Shown here piece by piece: positions 1 to 12,917 of a stretch of 64,000 nucleotides of DNA (its first letter is position 1; every line of letters starts with the position of its first letter). The notes below the pieces were generated by a model. It was not told where the DNA came from, searched no databases, and worked only from the letters and a program-made list of their open reading frames with translations. A program made the position numbers and the translations under genes. Location of the stretch: positions 209,064,001 to 209,128,000 of the forward strand of contig NC_042997.1 in NCBI RefSeq assembly GCF_006345805.1. Reading direction: 5' to 3'. The stretch is from Octopus sinensis. Its lineage: Eukaryota.

Positions 1-420
1 CTTGCCATGGCATTATTTTGAACTTATTGTCTGCACTTTGCAACACACTCATCTGATGAGCTTCCACTTATTTCCCACCTTCCAAATTTCATATCCACAC
101 CTCTGAAAGCAGACACCTACCAGTGAGATTGAACCAGCAACTGATGGCTGTTGAATAAACTTTCTTCTTGACAAGAAACAGCCATGACTGAGCTCATTTA
201 TTATAACAGATCTGGTTTGAATGTCAACAGGAGGATTAGTTATATTGTTGCTGGTGGCTGTTGTAGATGTTTAGTAGGTCAGTGACTTAGTACTGTTAAC
301 TTAGTAGAATAAATGAACCAGTTGTCAGTTTTGTGCAGGAGAGCAAGAGGTAGAGGCCCACCTCTAAACTACCAATTGCATCATTGTTTCCCAACCCTTT
401 TAATCTTAATATAGAATCCA

Positions 421-645
421 GTGGCGAGCTGGCAGAAACATTAGCACGCCGGGCGAAATGCTTAGCAGTATTTCGTCTGCCGTTATGTTCTGAGTTCAAA
501 TTCCAAGGTCGGCTTTGCCTTTCATCCTTTCGGGGTCGATAAATTAAGTACCAGTTACACATTGGGGTCGATGTAATCGACTTAATCAGTTTGTCTGTCC
601 TTGTTTGTTCCCTCTATGTTTGGCCCCTTGTGGGCAATTAAGAAA
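421..645 (+). mobile_element. tRNA-derived SINE-C
   Basis: GGCGAGCTGGCAGAA head, GAGTTCAAATTCC B box, CTTTGCCTTTCATCCTTTCGGGGTCGATAAATTAAGTACCAG core. Confidence 0.85.
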
Positions 646-1021
646 TAATCTTGATATAGAACCCTTAAGATATAGTCCATGTCTTGTGGAACTTTCACAT
701 AATTAGATCTTTTCTTGCTGTCTCATAAAAATAAACCAAGACCTTTTAAAGTGTCTTTAAAAGGTTTTGCTGTGCTAATAAAAATAACTGCCACTCCACT
801 GGTAATAACAACGAATGTTCCAGTTGATCCGGAGAGCAGAACAATCTGCTCGTGAAATTAACATACAAGTGGCTGAGTATTCCACCCTTAACGTAGTTCT
901 TGGGGGGATTCAGTGTGATAAGGCTGGCCCCTTTGAAATACAGATCAGGAGTGGTCTTAGATGGGTTGATATCATGAGGGTTAAACAAGACCTTATTGAC
1001 CAAATTTCCTTACAATTCCAT

Positions 1022-1260
1022 TTCATCATCATCATCATCATTTAGCGTCCAAAGGCTACACCAGACTCCAGTTTGATTTGGCATGGTTTTTTTGTGCCAC
1101 CAGCATGGGTGCCATTTGCATGACACTGGTATCTGTCACGACTAATTTTGCTCAGCTTGATGGGTCTTCTTCTCAAGCAAAACATAATGCCAAAGGCCTT
1201 AGTCATTGCATCCATGAGGCCCAACACTAGAAAGAAGCTCAGCCACTTTGCCTCCATTTA
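1022..1260 (-). mobile_element. RTE-type 3' end
   Basis: (CAT)n tail on +, followed by degenerate RTE 3' sequence. Confidence 0.45.
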
Positions 1261-1784
1261 GATATAACAGCCTGCACTATGAATATTCTGACAGTGGGTT
1301 TGGTTTGTGTTCAGGGCCAGTCTCGCTCCCTCGTCCTTCAAACTTGTATTGGTCAACTGCAGCAAGTGCTACAAAAGCTCAATAGCTGTCTGGATTCGGG
1401 ATTTGCATGGAGTGCCCTTCTCTTAGATGAGCAGCTTAAGAGCCTCATCTCTCTTGAGTCCTTTGAGGAGTCTGTGAGTGACCTTCTTCTGGAGGCAGTT
1501 CCATGAAATGCTAATTAGCTGAGACCTTAATAGGTCTGAGCAGACCCAGGAACAGAAGTGGCCAAGGGATGGTTCCACACTCCTCAAACCCTGAAACTCT
1601 ACCCAGGACAGGCATTTGCATATAATTAGTTTATATGTATAGTACTATGTCTTGTGGCACATTAAGCAGCCTCTCTCAGATTTTTAGGGCTTAGGTGAAG
1701 CCCCAGTTGGGAGACATTGATCTACCCCAAAGATGCATTTCAACCCTGATGATGACTACACAGTTATACCTATTTCTTTACTAC

Positions 1785-1980
1785 CCACAAGGGGCCAAAC
1801 ACAGAGAGGACAACCAAGGACAGACAAGCTGATTAAGTCGATTACATCAACCCCAGTGTGTAACTGGTACTTAATTTATTGACCTCGACGGAATTTGAAC
1901 TCAGATCGTAACGCGGTAGACGAAATACCGCCAAGCATTTCACCCAGCCTGCTAACGTTTCTGCCAGCTCACCGCCTTCT
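1785..1980 (-). mobile_element. SINE-C
   Basis: Reverse complement, internal deletion. Confidence 0.8.
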
Positions 1981-3462
1981 ACACAGTTAAACCACCTCTG
2001 TAAAATCTGTGATGTGATATATTCAGCTGTAACATCTGCCTCTTCTGTTGACACATTGACAGACACATCCCAAATGCCATTAATTATAGAATTTTGATGG
2101 CTGTGTTTCCTTATTGTCCCTTTCAAAGCTGGAATACCAGAAGTCCCTGTTTCTCACAGCCATTGTTGGGTTTTACATCCTCGCTCGGGTTGTTGTCACT
2201 GTTTGCTTCAAGGAACCTGGGAAGCCCTAGTATGAATCAATTAAATCAGCCCCAGGATTTGATCTTCTGGAAGGATGAGCCATAGGATTTGAACTCTAAC
2301 TATAACTAAGTGCTACACACCCACAACTCTGCCAATCTACCCCTTTTCAACATTGTCAATTAGGAAGATTGTAACGACCCTCACCAGGGAAACACTGATC
2401 AAGTAAAACCTAAAGACACAGATGACAGTGAGTGATTTGAGGGAAATTAGGCTGCTATTTCTCGATAGGTTGTGCGAACACACAGAGGTTCACATGTAGG
2501 CTTATAGATATTAATTATTTGGTGTTATTTGGTGCAGAGTGCAGAAAATCTGGGACAGATTAAGTGATAAATGCAGAAGCTGCTAATTGATGTTAAAAGA
2601 GATAAACAGAATTTATGAGGGGGGGGGGGCTACTTGGTTCCCTCTTCTTGTTAAACATTTAATGTTTGATAATAAATTTGATCAAATAACAATGGAAACC
2701 ACTTGCTAATGAGGTTAATACTTTGATAACTTGTTAGCAAGGTTAATAATAATAGTTAAATATACTGTGAGATTAAACTAATTGAAACGCTTAGCACAAT
2801 TGGCATATCTACTTCAGATTGTGTGTGTGTATAGGCATAGTTTATAACCACTGTAGGTGCAGTGGGGTCAAATAGTTAAGTTCGCTTTACAACCATAAGA
2901 TCTCGGGTTCAGTCACATTCTATGGCATCTTGGGCAGATGTCATTTTCAGCCTTTATCTCATGAGTGAAATTCTGTTAGTGGAAACTGTAGAGAAGCCCA
3001 CTGAGCAAATTGTAGCTTGTAATTCAAAAGATAGAGCTTTATCACTGTGTTTTGCTGATTCTGCCTAAGAATTAAGTTTAAGGCTACATGTATCTGAAAT
3101 ACTCAGCCACTTGCACAACTGAATCCTCTTCACTTTACAATGGAGGCCCACCATTCCCACCACCATCACTACCAAAGAGGTTCCAATGACAGTTCCTGTT
3201 GACCATTTTAACTATGTTTTTTTTTATACTATAAACTTAAGTGATACCTGTCATATGCCAGGTGACTTTTTCCACCATGGGTAATATTGAGTGGTGCCAC
3301 GTATAAAGTTTGTTTCCCAATCACAGGGTTCTCGGTTCATTCTCAGTGTATGGCACCTCCTTGAGCAAGTACCTTCTACTATAGACCCAGGCTAACCATG
3401 CTTTGTGAGTGGATTTGGCAGAGAGAAACTGAAGAAGCCCATCATATGTGTATATATTGAAA

Positions 3463-3872
3463 TCAAAATGGAAATTGTAGTTGTGGCCAATACCAGTCTC
3501 CCCTGGCTGGTGCCAGTGGCACGTAATGAACACCATTCAAGCTTGGGCTGATACTAATGTCGCCTGACTGGCTTCCCGTACCAGTGACATGTAAAAAGCA
3601 CCATCCAAACATGGTAAATGCCAGCCCCCCACCAACTAGCTCCTGTGCCAGTGGCACATAAAAAGCACCATCCAAACGTGGTCGATGCCAGTGTCACCTG
3701 ACTGGCTCTCTGTGCTGATGGCACGTAAAAAGCACCATCCAAATGTGGTTGATACCAGTCCCCCACAAGCTGGCTCCCAAGTTGGTGGTATGTAAAAAGC
3801 ACCCACTACACTCTCGGAGTGGTTGGCATTAGGAGGGACATCCAGCTGTAGAAACCCTGCCAGATTGGAGCC
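3463..3872 (+). mobile_element. RTE 3' UTR copy with ~5 internal tandem units
   Basis: Repeated TGGCACGTAAAAAGCACCATCC units followed by GGCATTAGGAGGGACATCCAGCTGTAGAAA. Confidence 0.8.
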
Positions 3873-4334
3873 CATGCCTTTCAAACATCTGGGAACTCCG
3901 AAACAGATTTTCAAGGCTTTTGCACCCTCCTCTTTCATGTGCTGGCCCTACAAAGTCATTTCACGAGTTTAAAATACAGTTCCAGTTCCCCTTGGTCTTC
4001 GAGAAGACCCGATGATTCGATCCTCTCTTTGGAGATTTGGTTGCAAGTTCTAGAAAAGCCAGTGATTACGTAGAAGCTCCCTCGTGATGTGCGTACTGGA
4101 GCACAGATCTTTACTAGATTGTGTGAGGATATGTGAGTGTTCAGCTATGCACTGAAATTGTGAGTGTGTATGCTTGTGTGCACTGGGTACCATCTAATCC
4201 CGGCATGGTGTAATTTGAGGGAATTTGGTTCCTATTTTAAGCAGGCCGAACGATCACATAGGAGGTTCTTCGCTGGTTTATTCGTTTATGTCTGTGAAAG
4301 AGAGCTGTTATTGTTTAACCCCGAAAGGCGACGG

Positions 4335-4535
4335 GTTGGCAGTATCATTAGCACGCCAGACAAAATTCTCAGCGGCATTTACTCCGTCTTTACATTCAGA
4401 GTTCAAATTCCGTTGAGGTTGACTTTGCCATCATCCTTTAAGAGTCAATAAACTAAGTACCAGTCGAGCACTGGGGTCGATGTAATCGAGTAACCCACCT
4501 CCTCCAAAATGTCAAACCTTTGTGTCTATAATAGA
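4335..4535 (+). mobile_element. SINE-C, diverged
   Basis: Same motifs. Confidence 0.7.
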
Positions 4536-4632
4536 AAGTATTATAGTTTAAGCACGGGTTAACTATGATGATAGGCGTCCCTGTAGTGACCATCCAGTCG
4601 ATTCATAAATCAAGGAATTATAATAACCAGTC

Positions 4633-5040
4633 TGTGCCGGTGGCACGTAAAAAGCACCATCCGATCGTGGCCATTTGCCAGCCTCGTCTGGCACGTAAAA
4701 AGCACCCACTACACTCATGGAGTGGTTGGCGTTAGGTAGGGCATCAAGCCGTAGAAACATTGCCAGATCAGACTGGGCCTGGTGCAGCCTTCTGGCTTCC
4801 CAGACCCAGTTGAACCGTCCAACCCATGCCAGCATGGAAAGCGAACGCTAAACGATGATGATGATGACGATATATATATGTGTGTGTGTGTTTTTGGTGT
4901 TAGGAAGGGCATCCAGCTATAAAAATCCTGCCAAAACAGTCACAGAAGTGTGGTGCAGGCATCTGCCTGGCCGGCTCTTGTCAAACCATCCTTCCCATGC
5001 CAGCATGGAAGGCAGGCATTAAACGATGATGATGATGATA
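4633..5040 (+). mobile_element. Two adjacent RTE 3' UTR copies
   Basis: Each ends AAACGATGATGATG (about 4870 and 5040). Confidence 0.8.
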
Positions 5041-6671
5041 ATCTGTGTGTTTGTCTCTGTTCCCCACCACTTCTTGGACAACTAGTATTGGTTTGCTTAT
5101 GTCTCCATAACTTAGTGGTTCAGCAGAAAGAGACCGGTAGAATAAGTGCCAGGCTTAGTCAATTCATTTGACTAAAACATTCAAAGTGGTGCCCCAGCGT
5201 GGTCGCAGTCTAATTATGATTTAACTTTTGACGAATCTCTTCTTGTACAAAATGATGAAATAAATCCTCCTTGTTTGTACTCCATCCAACAACCACTCCG
5301 TCGTTTGTACCTCATCTCTCTCTCGTCACACTATGGTTCTTTCTCTCTCCTCATCCCTGCATCTCTTCCGTTAGTTCTCTCTCTCTCTCTCTCCCTCCTC
5401 CCCTCTTTATATAATGTAAAGTGTGACTGGCAAAACCAATTAATATTTGTATCCAGTTGTTATAGAGATTTAGTTCTAATGAGGTCATTATAACATTGAA
5501 ACAGGTTCAGAGTTATCTCCTACTCACCAATAAACTGAAAATACTCATTAACTTGTATTGTTTTATTTATTTCTAGTTATTCTCTTCTCTTCTATTTCCT
5601 GTATGAACTAGGTTAATGCTAACTTACCTATTGTTCAAAGTATTGTTTTTAACTGGTTGTTTAGTACAAAACACTTGTGACAGTCTCCTCCTCTTCTTCT
5701 TCTTCTTCTTCATGCGATGGTCAAATATTACCGTTTTTTGACCAGAGGCTAGCAGTGGCAGCACCAGGTGTGCTTGTGTACACAGAATTAGATTTTATGA
5801 AGCTTACATCCTTATGACACCTTGTTAATTAAACCACTTCACAAATTAATTAAGTCACTTCATGATATAAGATGTGTTAGCTGGGTGGCCATGGGAGGGT
5901 TCTGCACACTGTGGGGGAAGACAGAGAGAGAGAGAGAGAGCAAAGCTTAATTGAAGGAGAAATCCAAATGTCACCATTGTTGTTATTTCACTACCCTGTT
6001 TCAGCAGTGGGGTGGAGTACCCTGACAGACAGACAGACAGACAGTCATACATATATCCCTGTGCATTCACACACACACACACTGACCTCGTGCATGTGTA
6101 CCCGTTAAACATACACTTGCACAATAATCACCTCTGACTATACACAATAGCATTATACACCCCCTCATACACCCACCTTCGTGAACTTTAATACATTCAC
6201 AGCTCTGTACGGAGTCTGTGAGGAGGCACAGTGAGCTAATAGTTGCGGGCTGACCTAAAATATTTCACTGATAAACTACTAACCACTCTACTACTACTAC
6301 TACTACTGGTGGCAATGGTGGTGGTGGTAGTAGTAAAAACAGCTGTTGTAGTTTACTTTACGAATCTATATATGGTTGTATATAGAGAGTGAAGGTTGAA
6401 TGTGATCGATCTTACAAACCTATATATTTCTCTGTGTGTGTGTGTGTGTGTGTGCTTACCATAACTTGTTGACTGGAAAATATCAGTTGTATAAATCTAT
6501 ATATTATTATGTATGTAATTTTTGATGGTTGAATAAAGCTATTCATACATATATGATATATATTAGTGTTTGTACATGACTGTGTGTATATGTGTATATA
6601 TATATATATGTGTGTATATGTATATATATATATATGTGTGTATATGTATATATATATATATATATATATAG

Positions 6672-6888
6672 ATCATCATCATCGTTTAACGTCTGCTTTC
6701 CATGCTAGCATGGGTTGGACAATTTTGACTGAGGGCTGGCGAACCAGATGGCTGCACCAGGCTCCAATCTTGATTTGGCAGAGTTTCTACAGCTGGATGC
6801 CCTTCCTAATGCCAACCACTCTGAGAGTGTAGTGGGTGCTTTTTACATATGCCACCGGCACAGGTGCCAGTAAGGCGACGTTGGTAAC
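6672..6888 (-). mobile_element. RTE 3' UTR copy
   Basis: CATCATCATCGTTTAACGTC..GGATGCCCTTCCTAATGCCAACC. Confidence 0.85.
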
Positions 6889-6944
6889 ATATATATATAC
6901 ACACATACATACATATGCGCACACACACATACATTTACTGAAGG

Positions 6945-7235
6945 CTCATGGCTTAGTGGTTATGGGTGTTGCACTCACAATGGCAAGATTGTGGGTTCAG
7001 TTCCCAGACCAGACATTACGTTGTGTTCTTGAGCAAAGCACTTCATTTCACGTTGCTCTGCAATCATTTCAACACCTAACGTGTGGCACCCAGAAGCACC
7101 TGTACAGGTAATGTTGATTTGATGGAGGGAGTCAGCTTATGGGAACACAAACCTTTGATCACTATAAGCAGATCATCTGTTTGGCTGTTCAATAAAGAAC
7201 TTGCCGAACGCTCATACATCATCTAACGATGGGAG
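6945..7235 (+). mobile_element. tRNA-headed SINE, diverged
   Basis: TGGCTTAGTGG A box, GGGTTCAGTTCCC B box, TTGTGTTCTTGAGCAAAGCACTT core. Confidence 0.6.
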
Positions 7236-7395
7236 AGTCCATTATTATATATACTTGTATATAGAATATTGGGTTTGGTTCACTTGTGATCTAAATGAAC
7301 AGGTATGTGCTATATAGCAGGTCAACCGTTAGGTTCCAAGGTCAGAGCTAAGGCTGGATATAAGGATCCATGTTAGGGTTCCATTATAACCTGTA

Positions 7396-7544
7396 TATAT
7401 TATGAGGAAAAATGAAAACCAAGGCAGAACAAGTATCTCAAGTCATTTAGAATGATTTAATTGAAATTCACCTTACCCTAATTAAATTATTCTAAATGAC
7501 TTGAGATGATTGTTCTGCCCTGATTTTGATTTTCCTCTAATATA
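7396..7544. mobile_element. ~150-bp palindromic MITE-like element
   Basis: TATATTATGAGGAAAA..GGCAGAACAAGTATCTCAAGTCATTTAGAAT mirrored by ATTCTAAATGACTTGAGATGATTGTTCTGCC..TTTTCCTCTAATATA. Confidence 0.7.
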
Positions 7545-7578
7545 ATTTGTGTGTGTCTGTGTGTGTGTATAGGTGTGT

Positions 7579-7794
7579 ATAGGGGTGAGTGGATGGTTAA
7601 GTTTACAAGATTGCAGAAGGTGAGTGGGAGATGATGCGAAGGGAAATGCAGGTGGAGGGAGGGATTGTTAGGAAGGTATGTTGTGGGCAAGAAGGAGCTG
7701 TGTCAAGTTACTGGGAGGTGTGTACAAGTGAAGTGGTACATATATACAGACCCCCTTATGTACCTCTGGAGGAAGGGCATCCAGCTACACAAAG
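7579..7794. repeat. 216-bp direct duplicate of 11607-11822
   Basis: Two substitutions seen between the copies. Confidence 0.92.
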
Positions 7795-7832
7795 ATTGGA
7801 AAAGACCGGTTGTATAAATTTAGATATTGCTC

Positions 7833-7863
<31 letters not shown>

Positions 7864-8544
7864 GCACACCAGTGAGAGTAAAAACCAAAGTAGCCCTCAA
7901 TATATTTACTATCAGTTAACAAGCAAGTGGCTGAGTACTTCACAGGCAGTCATGCCCTTAACGTAGTTTTCGGGGAGATTCAGCATGATACAGAATGTGA
8001 CAAGGCTGTTCCTTTAAAATATGGGTACAACTTGTTTCTGCCAGCTGAGTGAACTGGAACATTGTGAAATAAAATGTCTTGCTCAAGGACACAACACCAC
8101 TAAATATCGAGCTTATGACCCTACGATCATGAGCTGGATATCCTAACCACTAAGCCATACACACTTAAGGTTTCATGAGTATAGCATATGTCCACATCGT
8201 CAGATGTTTACAGAAGAGTGGAGAGAAATTAAAAGAATTTTAAAATGGCTTTTAGGTGAAAGTATTTCACCCTCCTTTAGTTGCTAATATAGGTAAGCCA
8301 ACCACATGGCTTTAGCTGACCAATGGAAGCCTAAATACTCTTATCTAAAGCCATGTTTAGTTTCTTTTATATCCCCTGCATTTGAATATCTGATGATATA
8401 GACATGTCCTGCACCAATGAAACTTTAAATAATGTGGAATTGAAACGGGTGTGTGTGTGTTTTATCATTTTAATGTCTGCCTTTTTTTCATGTTTCAGTT
8501 AAATGAAGGTGTGTATGGTTCAGTGGTTAGCATATTCAACTCAT

Positions 8545-8983
8545 AATTGTAAAAAGCACCATTCAAGTATGGTCATTGCCGGTGCCACCTGACTGGCTGC
8601 CATGCCGGTGGCACGTAAAAAGCACCATTCGAGCATGGTCGTTGCTGGTGCCACCTGACTGGCTGCCACGCCGGTGGCACGTAAAAAGCACCATTCAAGC
8701 GTGGTCGATGCCAGTGCCAGCTGACTGGTCCCGTGCGGGCGGAACATAGAAAACACCATTTGAGTGTGGTCGTTACCAGTGCCACCTGACAGCCTCCTTT
8801 GCTAGTGGCGCATGAAAAGCACCCACTACACTCTTGGAGTGGTTGGCGTTAGGAAGGGCATCCAGCTGTAGAAACCTTACCAGATCAGGTTGTAGCCTGG
8901 TGCAGCTTTCTGGCTTGCCAGTTCTCAGTCAAACCATCCAACCCATGCCAGCATGGAAAGCAGATGTTAAACGACGATGACGA
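8545..8983 (+). mobile_element. RTE 3' UTR copy with ~4-5 tandem units
   Basis: Same motifs as the 24655 element. Confidence 0.85.
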
Positions 8984-9354
8984 TTGTAGAGTTATGAGTT
9001 CAATACTTGGCAGTGCATTGTGTCCTTGAGCAAGACACTTTATTTCACGTTGCTCCAGTCCATTCAGCTAGCAAAAGTGAGTAGTACCTGTATTTCAAAG
9101 GGGCCGCTCTTGTCACATTCAGTATCATGCTGAATCTCCCTTAGATCATTAAGGGTATGCGTGTCTGTGAAGTACTCAAGAGCAGGTTGTTCTGTTGATT
9201 GAATCAGCTGGAACCCTTATTGTCATAACCAATGAAAAGCCAAAGCAGGGTAGATGAAATTTATTGAGGCAGGATTCTCTTCCTGTATCAACCCTCACCT
9301 GTTTTTGAGCAACGTAATATTTTCCATAGTCCTCAGAAGAAACAAATAGTACAA

Positions 9355-9725
9355 TGGCCAGGTGTGGCTGTGAGGTAAGAAGCTTGCTTCCCAACCACAT
9401 GGTTCTGGGTTCAGTCCCACCGTGTGGCACCTTGGGCAAGTGTCTTCTACTAAAGCCTCAGGCTGACCAAAGACTTGTGAGTGGATTTGGTAAACAGAAA
9501 CTGAAAGAAGCCTGTCATGTGTGTGTGTGTGTCTGTGTTGTCCCCCACCATCACATGACAACCAATGTTGGTATGCTTACATCCCTGTAACTTATACTAT
9601 TGGTCTCTTTTGCCGAGCTGCTAAGTACTAGGCTTACAAAGAATAAGTCCTGGGGTCAATTTGTTCAACTAAAGATGGTGCTCCAGCATGGCCACAGTCA
9701 ACTGACTGAAACAAATAAAAGAATA
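9355..9725 (+). mobile_element. SINE-B
   Basis: Same head, core and tail. Confidence 0.8.
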
Positions 9726-9919
9726 CATTTCATGGGAGATTGCATACAAAAAACACCATTTATATGACAGGCATATTTGTTAACAGTTAGCAATGATATA
9801 CACACACACACACAATAGGCTTCTCTCAGTTTCCATCTACCAAGTCCATTCACAAGGATTTGGTCCTCTTAGGGTTCTAGTTGAAGACAATAGTTGAGGA
9901 TGATGTACAGTAGGACTAG

Positions 9920-9964
<45 letters not shown>

Positions 9965-9965
<1 letters not shown>

Positions 9966-10356
9966 GCATTACTGGCACTTGTGCCCCGTGCTAGTAGGGT
10001 GCTAAGAGCACCATCCAAGCGTGATAATTGCCAGAGCAGCTAACTGGCTTCCATGCCAGTGGCACGTAAAAGGCACTGTTCAAGGGTGATCATTACCAGC
10101 GTCGCCTTACTAGCACGTCTAAAAACATTTGAGCGAAGTCGTTGCCAGTACCACCTGACTGGCCCCCATGCCAGTGGCACGTAAAAGCCCCCACTACACT
10201 CTCGGAGTGGTTGGCGTTAGGAAGAGCATCCAGCTGTAGAAATTCTGCCAGATCAAATTGGAGCCTGGTGCAGCCATCTGGTTTGCCAGCCCTCAGTCAA
10301 ATCGTCCAACCCATGCCAGCATGGAAAGCAGACATTAAACAATGATGATGATGATG
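9965..10356 (+). mobile_element. RTE 3' UTR copy
   Basis: Same motifs, (GAT)n tail. Confidence 0.85.
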
Positions 10357-10941
10357 ATATATATATACACACACATATGGTGACGTGACAGCTGAATGGA
10401 GCTATTCATATATTTGTGTATAAACCTGTGTTTATAAACACAGTGACTTTTGAAAGCTGAATAAGCCTATTCATGCCATCCTCCTCCTATAAGCTTCTCT
10501 CTTTCTTTCTCTCTCTCTCTCTTTCCCTCCACCCCCATGCACACACACACACACAATGGTATTTGAATGTTGAATGGCAGCAATCGTTTGTTTCCTTTCG
10601 ATCTCATATGAAACAGTGTTGCTACTGTTACCTGTCAGTGCAGTAATCTTGGTTTAGAATCGTTTAATTAAAGATAGCTTAGGTTGTTATTTGATTAGTT
10701 TTCAGACCAACTAATCAACGGAAATAAGACATTCCACATATGGCCATCCTGTTTGTCTCCCCACCCTCGGACACAGAGCTACATTACCCAACGTATCCGA
10801 TTATTTCTAGCTAATCAAGCTACTGCATAAAGGCTCCTCCGTTGGCATTCGTAGACAGACAAGGACAGAAATAACCAAAAGGAAAAATAGTCTTTAGACT
10901 AAATGGTAAAGAGGAATTGTGAGAGGGGGAGGTAGAAAAGG

Positions 10942-10981
<40 letters not shown>

Positions 10982-11149
10982 CATTGTCATGTAATATTGT
11001 CTGCCTTCCATGCTGGCAAAGGTTGGATGGTTTAAGCTACACCAAACTCTGTCTGCTTTGGCATGGTTTTTAGGGCTGTTGTTGTTGTTAAGCAACAAGA
11101 CGGGTAAGTGTGATTAGATGATTAGGGACTAGGGCTTAGGGGCGGGAGA

Positions 11150-11800
11150 CCCCAGACCTTGGAAAAAAAAACTTTGGTCGTCCTGTTGTAGTCAAGGGCT
11201 CTTCATTGACAACGGACACCACTGGGAGGTGGCCCTCGAAGTCGCTGGAAATGGAGATCTCCAGGTCCAAATTCTTGAACGGCTGGTTTCTAGGGCTGGG
11301 GGCCCTTCCTAACACCAACCTTTTTACAAAGTGTACTAGATGCTTTTTTTTACGTGGCCCCAATGCCAGTGAGGTGACCAAGTCATTTGCAAGACAAGAC
11401 CCCCCCCCGTAAATGAGGTGGGGGAGTAGTATTGAGTGGGGTGACTTTGTGTCAAGTGATGAGAGGTTAGTGTATGAACAGAGGAGGAGAAACAGATGTC
11501 CTGCACTAAAGAAGATACCTGGCTACCTCAGTTGGGAAAAGAGAGAGAGAGAAAGTGGTGCAGAAGTTACAGAGGGGTATATTAATGAAGTGGTACTAAG
11601 GATAGAATAGGGGTGAGTGGGTGGTTAAGTTTACAAGATTGCAAAAGGTGAGTGGGAGATGATGCGAAGGGAAATGCAGGTGGAGGGAGGGATTGTTAGG
11701 AAGGTATGTTGTGGGCAAGAAGGAGCTGTGTCAAGTTACTGGGAGGTGTGTACAAGTGAAGTGGTACATATATACAGACCCCCTTATGTACCTCTGGAGG
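11150..11800 (-). mobile_element. RTE-type 3' UTR variant
   Basis: Pyrimidine-rich segment followed by GGCCACGTAAAAAAAAGCATC..GGTGTTAGGAAGGGC, similar in organisation to 60900-61500. Confidence 0.5.
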
Positions 11801-11896
11801 AAGGGCATCCAGCTACACAAAGCATGTCAAAGCTGACCCTGGAGCTCAGTGTGGCCCTGCAACTCACCAGATTATGTCAAACCATTTAACCTAAGT

Positions 11897-12272
11897 TGTT
11901 GTATTTAGGAATGGTCATTTTGCCAGTTTTGCCAATAAAAACACACGCACTATACACTATATATCTGGTGTTACTTTGCTTCAGTGTTATTTATTTTTTA
12001 CATTAATCTTAATCTTATTTCGACCAGAGTTCTTTCGTCACACTTCTGTGACCTCATCAGTGGTCCTTTGCTTTCTTCTTTCTTATTTGTGTGTCTCTCC
12101 ATACACAAATGATGAGATCACAGAAGTGTGACAAAAGAACACTGGCCGAAATAAGATTAAGATTAATGTAAAAAATAAATAACACTGAAGCAAAGTAACA
12201 CCAGATATATAGTGTATAGTGCATGTGTTTTTATTGGCAAAACTGGCAATATGACCCTTCCTAAATACAACA
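11897..12272. repeat. Foldback with ~163-bp arms, each carrying a hammerhead copy read outward
   Basis: 11897-12059 is the reverse complement of 12110-12272 with a few substitutions; 50-bp spacer. Confidence 0.92.
12022..12065 (-). ncRNA. Type I hammerhead ribozyme (Penelope-like pLTR type)
   Basis: GACCA-CTGATGA-g-GTCACA-gaag-TGTGAC-GAAA-G-aa-CT-C/TGGTC: complete core, 5-bp stem I, 6-bp stem II, minimal stem III and a CUC cleavage triplet. Confidence 0.72.
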
Positions 12273-12717
12273 TCTGTTTCAACACACGACTTCACATCAA
12301 GAATCTTGCAAAACAAATATATAAACATAACATTTAACCTGTGCCAGCAGGAAAAACACATTAACCGTTTAGCATTCGGATTTCTTTGTCAAATGTCTTG
12401 CTTTTTTATTCACATTGTTTTGAATTAATCATGGATTATTTTGTAGCTTCAGATTTCCAATATTGTGTTTCTGTATTTTTAGAATGGCATTGTAGGGTAG
12501 GTGTGAGGGGTTAGACGGAGTCAGTTTTAACAACATAAAGCAGGTGGAATGTTTGGGTCTAGATGTGGTGGGACTAGATGTTAAAGAGTTTGTTGATGAT
12601 TTATATATACACAAGCCTTGAAAGTCTTTGAACTGGTGACATTATTAAGACATGTTTTGCAAAATAACACTAACAGGTAATGCGTTTATATATTTTATAT
12701 ATATATATATATATATA

Positions 12718-12886
12718 GGCGCAGGAGTGGCTGTGTGGAAAGTAGCTTGTCTACCAACCACATGGTTCCGAGTTCAGTCCCACTGCGTGGCACCTTAGGC
12801 AAGTGTCTTCTACTATAGCCTCGGGCCGAACAAAGCCTTGTGAGTGGATTTGGTAGACAGAAACTGAAAGAAGCCCGTTGTATATA

Positions 12887-12917
<31 letters not shown>

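Noticed and set aside
7631-7966. ORFs with identical N-termini at 7631 and 11659
   Set aside because: They result from the 216-bp duplication of non-coding repeat DNA; no domain.
8158-8210. CTGACGA..GAAA on the minus strand
   Set aside because: Stems I and II are poor and the cleavage position is G; too degenerate to call.
8545-8830. CRISPR-like regular repeats
   Set aside because: Whole units are homologous with no unique spacers; eukaryotic LINE 3' UTR tandem array.
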